From an uncultured Acidobacteriota bacterium (GTDB lineage Bacteria; Acidobacteriota; Thermoanaerobaculia; Multivoradales; UBA5704): 64,000 nt of DNA. A program made the translations under genes and the position numbers. This document shows positions 57,278 to 64,000 of the stretch, one piece after another. Under the pieces are notes generated by a model that worked only from the letters and a program-made list of their open reading frames with translations, made no database searches and was not told the origin of the DNA. Every line of letters starts with the position of its first letter. The first letter of the stretch is position 1. The DNA is taken from NCBI GenBank assembly GCA_963700145.1, contig OY969474.1, positions 2,560,001 to 2,624,000 on the forward strand. Direction: 5' to 3'.

Positions 57278-57754
57278 TCAAACGAGCGCGCGATGATAAC
57301 TCAAACCGGCCTCGATCGAGAGACTGCGGAAGAGCTGTTCGTAGAGCACCAGACGCGCCAGCTCGTGCGAGAGGGTGAGCGGGCCGAGCGAAAGGCGCCA
57401 GCGGGCGGCGGCGACCGCCGCCGGGTCGAGCCCGAGATCGGAGCCGATCAAGAAGGCGACCGGATGCGGCCACTCCTCGCGCAAGCGGGCGAGGCGGCGG
57501 GCGAGAGTCGGGGAGTCGAGCGCTTCGCCGAGCGGGTCGAGCGCCACCGGCCAGCAGGGGTCGGGGAGGGCGGCGAGGAGGGCCTCCCCTTCGGCGCGCA
57601 GGCGCTGCGGGTCGTCGGCGCCGCCGCGCGCCCGCACCGGCAGGTCGCGCACCGGCGCCAGCCGCGCGATGCGCCGTCGGTAGCCGGCGCATAGCTCCTC
57701 CCAGCTCGACCGCTGGTGGCGCCCGGCCCAGACGACCAGGAGCTCGCGTGCCAA
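57278..57754 (-). CDS. rlmH: 23S rRNA pseudouridine-1915 N3-methyltransferase
   Basis: FLIGSDLGL, LSLGPLTLSHELAR, EQLFR, YHR. Confidence 0.92.
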   Translation of the reverse strand: MARELLVVWAGRHQRSSWEELCAGYRRRIARLAPVRDLPVRARGGADDPQRLRAEGEALLAALPDPCWPVALDPLGEALDSPTLARRLARLREEWPHPVAFLIGSDLGLDPAAVAAARWRLSLGPLTLSHELARLVLYEQLFRSLSIEAGLSYHRALV

Positions 57755-57772
57755 CGCCGCGGTCCCTGCTTG

Positions 57773-58324
57773 CTAGCCGATTTCGGAGATGGCGGCCGCT
57801 TCCTCGTCGCCGGCCATGAACTCGGCCCACTCCTCGGAATAGGACAAGGAGCGCAGGTCGCGCATGCGGTCGAGGAAGACGACGCCGTTCAGGTGGTCGA
57901 ACTCGTGCTCGACGATGCGCGCCTCGAAGTCGGCGGCGACGTAGTCGACGGTGCCGCCGTCGCGGTCGAGGCCGCGCACGCGCACCCGCCCGTGCCGGGG
58001 GACGAGGCCGCGCAGCCCGGGGATCGACAGGCACCCCTCCCAGTCGTAGATCAGCTCGCCGACCAGCGGCGCGAGCATCGGATTGATCACCACCCGCAAA
58101 GGGACCGGCTCGCCGTCCTCGCGCCGCACCTCGTAGACGAAGAGCTGCAGCTCGACGCCGACCTGCGGCGCCGCGAGGCCGACGCCGTTGGCGGCGCGCA
58201 TCGTCTCGATCATGTCGTCGATCAGCTCCTGGATCTCGGGCGTGGCGATCTGGGCCGGGGCGACGGCGCGGGCGGGGGTCCGCAGAGAGGGGTGACCGAG
58301 CCGGACGATCGGGCGGACAGGCAT
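57773..58324 (-). CDS. def: Peptide deformylase
   Basis: GVGLAAPQVG, EGCLS, HEFDH. Confidence 0.96.
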   Translation of the reverse strand: MPVRPIVRLGHPSLRTPARAVAPAQIATPEIQELIDDMIETMRAANGVGLAAPQVGVELQLFVYEVRREDGEPVPLRVVINPMLAPLVGELIYDWEGCLSIPGLRGLVPRHGRVRVRGLDRDGGTVDYVAADFEARIVEHEFDHLNGVVFLDRMRDLRSLSYSEEWAEFMAGDEEAAAISEIG

Positions 58325-58397
58325 CGCGAGTTCCTCGTCGAAAAGTGGCCTCTCAGTATACGCCGGCGGCCTCGCGCGCGCGGAGCCGCGCGGGCTC

Positions 58398-58413
58398 TGG
58401 CACGCCGGGTGCT
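58398..58413 (+). promoter_or_regulatory. Sigma54-type promoter
   Basis: TGGCACGCCGGGTGCT, 13 nt before the hydrolase start. Confidence 0.55.
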
Positions 58414-58426
58414 ACGTGCCCCGGGC

Positions 58427-59449
58427 GTGACCGCTAGGACCGCCGCCGACACGCGCGCCCGCAAGCGCAGGTTGGGCCGCCGCCTGCTGCGGGGGACGCT
58501 CCTGCTCTCGGGCGCGGTCGCCCTGCCGCTCCTCGCCGGCGCCTTTCTGCGGCGCCGGACCGCGCCCCTGCCGGCGGTGCGCTGGGGGCGCTCGCGCCAC
58601 TACGCCTGGGACCTCGGCGCGGTCGCCTTCCGGGAGCTGGGCGCCGGGCCGGCCGTCCTCCTCCTCCACTCCCTCGGCCCCGGCCACCACGGCGCCGAGT
58701 GGCAGGCAGCTGCCGAGCGGCTGGCCGAGACCCATCGCGTCTACGTCCCCGACCTCCTCGGCTGGGGGCGCTCCGACAAGCCGCGGCTGACCTACACCCC
58801 CGACCTCTACCTCGACCTCCTCGACGACTTCCTGACCGAGGTCGTGCGCGAGCCCGCGGTCGTCGCCGCGGCGGGCTCGACGGCGCCCTACGCCGTCCGC
58901 CTCGCCGTCGAGCGCCCGCAACGCGTGCGCGGCCTGGCCCTCGTCGCACCGCTCGGCCTCGACGGCGGCCGCCGCGCCGCACGCCGCGCCGTCCTCCGCA
59001 CCCTCGTCCCCGTCCCCGTCGTCGGCAGCTCCGCCCTCGACCTGATGACCAGCCGCGGCGCCCTAGCCCGCCACCTCCGCCGCGAGGTCTACGCCGCCCC
59101 CGAACGCGTCGACGCCGCCCTCCTAGAGCACCACTGGCGAGCCGCCCACGCCCCCGCCGCGAGACCCGCCCTAGCAGCCTGGGCCGCCGGCCGCCTGGAC
59201 CTCCCAGTAGCCGACCACCTCCTCCGCCTGGAAACCCCCGTCTGGCTAGCCTGGGGCCGCTCCGCCCGCCACCCCTCCCCAGCCCAAGCCACCCTCTGGC
59301 TCCACCACCTCCCAAAGGCCGAGCTCCAAGTCTTCGAACGCAGCAGCACCCTCCCCCACGCCGAAGAGCCCCAGGCTTTCGCCACCAACCTAGCCCGCTG
59401 GATCCGCACTCTCCCCTCTTCTCTTCCCTCTTCTCCCGCAGCGTCCTAG
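58427..59449 (+). CDS. Alpha/beta hydrolase-fold protein
   Basis: PDLLGWGRSDKP, PHAEEP; N-terminal TM; start uncertain. Confidence 0.8.
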   Translation: MTARTAADTRARKRRLGRRLLRGTLLLSGAVALPLLAGAFLRRRTAPLPAVRWGRSRHYAWDLGAVAFRELGAGPAVLLLHSLGPGHHGAEWQAAAERLAETHRVYVPDLLGWGRSDKPRLTYTPDLYLDLLDDFLTEVVREPAVVAAAGSTAPYAVRLAVERPQRVRGLALVAPLGLDGGRRAARRAVLRTLVPVPVVGSSALDLMTSRGALARHLRREVYAAPERVDAALLEHHWRAAHAPAARPALAAWAAGRLDLPVADHLLRLETPVWLAWGRSARHPSPAQATLWLHHLPKAELQVFERSSTLPHAEEPQAFATNLARWIRTLPSSLPSSPAAS

Positions 59450-59459
59450 AGCGGTCCCA

Positions 59460-59625
59460 GGGTAGGGGCTGTGGGGCGCTCTCGCGGGGAGCTCTCCGCA
59501 AGCGCCGGCAATCCATCCGCAGTCCTTCATCGATCCCGCGCGCAGCGGAGCGCAGGCGCGCGCCACCCCCCGCAGTCTTCCAAGCGCGCGCCGGTCCCCG
59601 CGAGAGCGCCCCACAGCCCCTACCC
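59460..59625. repeat. REP/MITE-like element with perfect 31-bp inverted repeats
   Basis: gggtaggggctgtggggcgctctcgcgggga at 59460-59490, reverse complement at 59595-59625. Confidence 0.85.
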
Positions 59626-59671
59626 CCTCACCCACCGCCCCGCCAGCGCGCCAGCTACAATCGCGCCCCTT

Positions 59672-62600
59672 ATGAATAGCCCCGCCGCCAAGCGTTTCCC
59701 CGAAGTACCAGGCGGCTATCCCTTCCCGCGCCTCGAACAAGAAGTCCTAGCCCACTGGGCCAAGCACGAAGTCTTCCGCCAAACCGTAGAGCGCACCCCG
59801 AAAGAAGGCGAATACGTCTTCTACGACGGCCCCCCCACCGCCAACAACGTCCCCCACGTAGGCCACGTAGTCACCAGAGTCGTCAAAGACCTCTTCCCCC
59901 GCTACCGCACCATGCGCGGCTGGCGAGTCCGCCGCAAAGCCGGCTGGGACACCCACGGCCTCCCCGTCGAGATCGAAGTCGAAAAACGCCTCGGCTTCAC
60001 CGGCAAGCGCCAGATCGAGGAGTACGGCATCGCCGCCTTCAACCGCGCCTGCCTCGAAAGCGTTCACACCTACGAGCGCCAGTGGCGCCTGATGAGCGAG
60101 CGCGTCGGCCACTGGCTCGACTACGACCACGCCTACTGGACCTACTCCAACCGCTACATCGAATCCGTCTGGTGGGCCCTCGCCGAGCTGGCCAGGAAAG
60201 GCCTTCTCGACCGCGGCTACAAGATCCAGCCCTACTGCGCCCGCTGCGGCACCACCCTCTCGAGCCACGAAGTCGCCCAGAACTACAAGGAGGCCGACGA
60301 CCCCTCCGTCTGGACCCTCTTCCCGCTCCGCGCCGGCCAGACCCTGCGCACCGCCGACGGCGGCGAGCAACCGGCCGGCCCGCACCTGAAGCTAGTCGCC
60401 TGGACGACCACGCCCTGGACCACCCTCGCCAACGTCGGCCTCGCCGCCCACCCCGATCTGGTTTACAAGGTCGTCGAACACCCCGGCCGCCCCGGCGAGC
60501 AGCTCCTCTTCGCCGAAGGGCTCGAGTGGCCGGTGCCGCTCGCCGTCGAGGAGGACGGGAAGCGCCGCCAGCTCGACCCGCGGGAGCTGCCGGCCCTCGC
60601 CCGCGTCCGCGGCAAAGACCTCGAAGGGCTTACCTACGAGCGCCTCTTCCCCTTCTTCGCCCCCGAGGAGCCGGGGCGCGTCGTCTTGGGCGATTACGTC
60701 ACCGCGAGCGAGGGCACCGGCCTCGTCCACACCGCGCCGCCGTTCGGCGAGGACGACTACCAGACCGGCCTGCGCTACGGCCTGCCGCTCCTCCTCACCG
60801 TCGACGCCGAGGGCAAGATCGTCGAAGGCGCCGGCCCCTTCGCCGGGATGTGGTTCAAGGACGCAGACGCGCCGATCACGCGCGACCTGAAAGAGCGCGG
60901 CCTCCTCCTCCACGGCGAGCGCTACCGCCACAACTACCCCTTCTGCTGGCGCTGCGACCGGCCGCTCCTCTACTACGCCACCGAGAGCTGGTTCGTGCGC
61001 ACGACGAAGAAGAAACAGGAGCTGATCGAGCGCAACCGGACGATCGACTGGCGGCCCGAGCATGTCGGCGAAGGGCGCTTCGGCAACTGGCTGGAGAACG
61101 TCGTCGACTGGGCGCTCTCGCGCAGCCGCTACTGGGGGACGCCGCTGCCGGTTTGGCTCTGCGACGCTTGCCCGCACCAGCAGGTGATCGGCTCGTATGC
61201 CGACCTCTTCAAGGAAGCCGAGCGGGAGCTGCCGGCCGACGTCTACGACGCCGCGCAGTTCGACCCCCACCGCCCGTTCATCGACGAGATCGCCTGGCCC
61301 TGCAAGCAGTGCGGCGCGGGGACGATGCGGCGGGTGGACTACGTCATCGACGCCTGGTTCGACTCCGGCTCCATGCCCTTCGCCCAGCACCACTACCCGT
61401 TCGAGAACCGCGAGCTGCTCGAAGGTCCGGAGGGCGAGCGCCTCTTCCCGGCGGACTTCATCAGCGAGGCGGTGGACCAGACGCGCGGCTGGTTCTACAC
61501 CCTCCATGCCCTCGGCGTGCTGCTCTTCGACTCGGTGGCCTTCGAGCACTGCATCGTCCTCGGCCACGTCAACGACGAGCAGGGCCGCAAGATGTCGAAG
61601 CGCCTGGGTAACGTCGTGGACCCGATGGGGGTAATCGAAGAGGCCGGCGCCGACGCCCTGCGCTGGTATTTCTGCGTCAACAACCCAGAGCTGAACTCGC
61701 GCTTCTCGGCGCGCCTGGTGCGCGAGGCGGCGCAGGGGTTGCTGCTGCCGCTGTGGAACGCGCTGAGCTTCTTCACGATCTACGCGAACCTCGACGGGTG
61801 GGGGCCGGGTAGGGCGAAAGCGCCGGCGCTACGCGACCGCAGCGAGCTCGACCGTTGGATCCTGCTGCGGCTGGATAACCTCGTGACAGACGTCACTGCC
61901 TTTCTGGACTACTACACGGTCGCGCTTCCCGCGCGCCTAATCGAGCTTTTCCTCGGCGACGTTACGAACTGGTACATCCGTCGCAGCCGAGGCCGCTTCT
62001 GGGCTGGGAATCCAAACAGCCTCGATAAGGAGGCTGCCTACCACACGCTCTATGAAGTGCTGACAACCCTCGCCTACATGCTCGCGCCTTTTACACCGTT
62101 CGTCGCCGAGGTTCTGCATGGGCACCTAGTGCGGAGCCAGCGAACGAACGCCCCGGTGAGCGTGCATTTGGAGCCATGGCCCACGCCTCGCGGATATCTG
62201 CAACAGCTGGGTAGCGAGGAAGCGCTCACTCTGTTGCAGGGGATTCTGCTAGTGCAAAGCGTCGTGGGGCTGGGACACGCGGCGCGAAGCACACACAATC
62301 TGAAGACGCGACAGCCTCTCGGAGGTGTGACCCTCGTTGCACATCAAGAGCAGATCGTCCGTCCCCACCTGGAAAGATTCGCCGAGCTGGTGCGGGATGA
62401 GCTCAACGTCAAGGAGATTCGCTGGGCGGAGCGGAGAGGGGACTTCGTCCGGCAGGAAGTGCGGCCCAACTTCCGGCTGCTGGGGAAGAAGCTCGGCGCC
62501 CGCATGCCGAAGCTGAAAGCGTTGCTGGAGGAGACAGACGGCGACGCGCTGGCCGAGCAACTCGAAGAGCGGGGCGCGATCGAGCTGGAGGTGGACGGCG

Positions 62601-62938
62601 AGCCCGTGCGGCTGGAGCGCGAGGAGCTGGAGGTCCGCCTGGTCGAGAAGCCCGGCATGGCCACCGCCGGCGACCGCGAGCTGCTGGTGGCGCTCGACAC
62701 CGAGCTGACGCCGGAGCTGGTGCGCGAGGGGCTGGCGCGCGAGTTCGTGCACAAGGTGCAGAGCGCGCGCAAGGACGGGGGGCTCGACTACGCCGACCGC
62801 ATCGTCGTCCACTACCGCGCCGTCGACGATGAAGCCGAGGCGATCCGCGAGCACGCGGAGTGGATCAAGGGCGAGACGCTGGCCCTCGAGCTGGTCGAAA
62901 CCGGCGAGGGCGAGCTGGCGATCGAGAAAGCTGGATAA
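59672..62938 (+). CDS. ileS: Isoleucyl-tRNA synthetase (type 2-like)
   Basis: DGPP, HVGH, GWDTHGLP, WTTTPWT, DQTRGWF, KMSKR, NWYIRRSR. Confidence 0.97.
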   Translation: MNSPAAKRFPEVPGGYPFPRLEQEVLAHWAKHEVFRQTVERTPKEGEYVFYDGPPTANNVPHVGHVVTRVVKDLFPRYRTMRGWRVRRKAGWDTHGLPVEIEVEKRLGFTGKRQIEEYGIAAFNRACLESVHTYERQWRLMSERVGHWLDYDHAYWTYSNRYIESVWWALAELARKGLLDRGYKIQPYCARCGTTLSSHEVAQNYKEADDPSVWTLFPLRAGQTLRTADGGEQPAGPHLKLVAWTTTPWTTLANVGLAAHPDLVYKVVEHPGRPGEQLLFAEGLEWPVPLAVEEDGKRRQLDPRELPALARVRGKDLEGLTYERLFPFFAPEEPGRVVLGDYVTASEGTGLVHTAPPFGEDDYQTGLRYGLPLLLTVDAEGKIVEGAGPFAGMWFKDADAPITRDLKERGLLLHGERYRHNYPFCWRCDRPLLYYATESWFVRTTKKKQELIERNRTIDWRPEHVGEGRFGNWLENVVDWALSRSRYWGTPLPVWLCDACPHQQVIGSYADLFKEAERELPADVYDAAQFDPHRPFIDEIAWPCKQCGAGTMRRVDYVIDAWFDSGSMPFAQHHYPFENRELLEGPEGERLFPADFISEAVDQTRGWFYTLHALGVLLFDSVAFEHCIVLGHVNDEQGRKMSKRLGNVVDPMGVIEEAGADALRWYFCVNNPELNSRFSARLVREAAQGLLLPLWNALSFFTIYANLDGWGPGRAKAPALRDRSELDRWILLRLDNLVTDVTAFLDYYTVALPARLIELFLGDVTNWYIRRSRGRFWAGNPNSLDKEAAYHTLYEVLTTLAYMLAPFTPFVAEVLHGHLVRSQRTNAPVSVHLEPWPTPRGYLQQLGSEEALTLLQGILLVQSVVGLGHAARSTHNLKTRQPLGGVTLVAHQEQIVRPHLERFAELVRDELNVKEIRWAERRGDFVRQEVRPNFRLLGKKLGARMPKLKALLEETDGDALAEQLEERGAIELEVDGEPVRLEREELEVRLVEKPGMATAGDRELLVALDTELTPELVREGLAREFVHKVQSARKDGGLDYADRIVVHYRAVDDEAEAIREHAEWIKGETLALELVETGEGELAIEKAG

Positions 62939-62949
62939 CGACCAACACT

Positions 62950-63089
62950 TGTCATTCCGAGCGAAGCCGAGGAATCTGGGCGGGGGAAGGCCGGAGCATC
63001 GCCCCCGCCCAGATCCTTCGCTTCGCTCAGGATGACAGTTACTCGTCATCCTGAGCGGAGCGCAGCGTAGCGAAGGATCTGGGCGGGGG
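62950..63089. repeat. Cluster of three alternating REP-like units
   Basis: gtcat(t/c)c(c/t)gagcg...g(a/g)atctgggcggggg units in +,-,+ orientation. Confidence 0.85.
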
Positions 63090-63100
63090 AAAGGAAATCT

Positions 63101-64000
63101 ATGGCAGGTATCTTCAAAGCCTACGACGTGCGCGGGATCTTTCCTGCCGAGGTCAACGAGGAAGTCGCGCGCCGGATCGGTCTCGCCTTCCAGCACGTCC
63201 TCGACGCCGAGGACCGCGCGCGGGGCAACACGGTCGTGGTCTCGCGCGACATGCGCGAGCACAGCCCGCCGCTCGCCGCGGCGCTGATCGAAGGGCTACG
63301 CGAAGCCGGGCTCGACGTCCTCGACATCGGCCTCGCCACCACGCCGATGAACTACTTCACCGTCGGCCACACCGGCGCCGCCGGCGGCATCCAGGTCACC
63401 GCCAGCCACAACCCGTCCCGCTACAACGGCTTCAAGTTCAGCCGCCACGGCGCGCGCCCCGTCTCGGGAGACCACGGCATCGCGCTCATGGAGGAGAAGG
63501 TGGCGAGCGGCGACCTGCCGCGCGCCGACCGCCCCGGCGCGCTGCGGCAGGGCGACGTCTTCGACGACTACCGCCGGCACGTCCTCTCCTTCCTCCACGA
63601 CGGCCACGCCCGCCGCCTGAAGGTCGCCGTGGACGTCGCCAACGGCATGGCCACGATCTACCGCCCGATCCTCGAGGCCGCGGGGATCGAGCTCGTGCCG
63701 CTCTACTTCGAGCTCGACGGCCGCTTCCCCAACCACGAGGCGAACCCGCTCAAGGAGGAGAACCTGCGCGACCTGGAACGCGCGGTGCGCGAGCACGGCG
63801 CCGACCTGGGCGTCGCCTTCGACGGCGACGCCGACCGCGCCGCCTTCGTCGACGAACGGGCGGCGCCGATCGGCAGCGACCTGATGACCGGGCTGATCGC
63901 CGGCGAGCTCTTGACCCGGGCACCCGGCAGCGCCGTCCTCTACGACCTCCGCTCCTCGCGCGCCGTCGCCGAGTACATCGAGGAGAAGGGTGGCGTGCCG
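63101..64000 (+). CDS. Phosphomannomutase/phosphoglucomutase (partial)
   Basis: IFKAYDVRG, TASHNP, FPNH, FDGDADR. Confidence 0.95.
   Translation, partial: MAGIFKAYDVRGIFPAEVNEEVARRIGLAFQHVLDAEDRARGNTVVVSRDMREHSPPLAAALIEGLREAGLDVLDIGLATTPMNYFTVGHTGAAGGIQVTASHNPSRYNGFKFSRHGARPVSGDHGIALMEEKVASGDLPRADRPGALRQGDVFDDYRRHVLSFLHDGHARRLKVAVDVANGMATIYRPILEAAGIELVPLYFELDGRFPNHEANPLKEENLRDLERAVREHGADLGVAFDGDADRAAFVDERAAPIGSDLMTGLIAGELLTRAPGSAVLYDLRSSRAVAEYIEEKGGVP

Noticed and set aside
59450-59671. T-box riboswitch before ileS
   Set aside because: No T-box consensus or specifier stem; the region is a perfect inverted-repeat element.

Overview
GC-rich bacterial chromosomal window, probably Acidobacteriota (Thermoanaerobaculia-like, inferred from secreted-protein C-terminal domains and Ser/Thr kinase-TPR proteins). 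The backbone is ordinary: M48 peptidase, ilvA, uvrA, tricorn and S10 proteases, mutM, holA-like, DksA-like, rlmH, def, ileS and a partial phosphomannomutase. There are two accessory hot spots. The first (2.8-11.5 kb) holds a low-GC NYN/DUF429/TIR island bounded by a duplicated ilvA 3' end, a broken hicBA, and a 21-bp periodic array interrupted by a complete 3.8-kb cargo-carrying IS1-family transposon (TIRs plus 8-bp TSD). It also holds a duplicated sigma54-type promoter unit with a short terminated transcript and a ~180-nt strongly paired ncRNA candidate. The second (31.4-33.8 kb) holds vapBC, a solitary integron-type HNH cassette with a 59-bp attC and a second 21-bp array. Also notable are a sigma54 activator-RsbW/V/U module with shared GAF domains and an unannotated 52-aa gene, a Cys-rich secreted peptide, and local codon-composition anomalies in holA, in ileS and around a palindromic element. 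No rRNA, tRNA, CRISPR array or integrase was seen. All calls come from reading motifs by eye; no searches were run.
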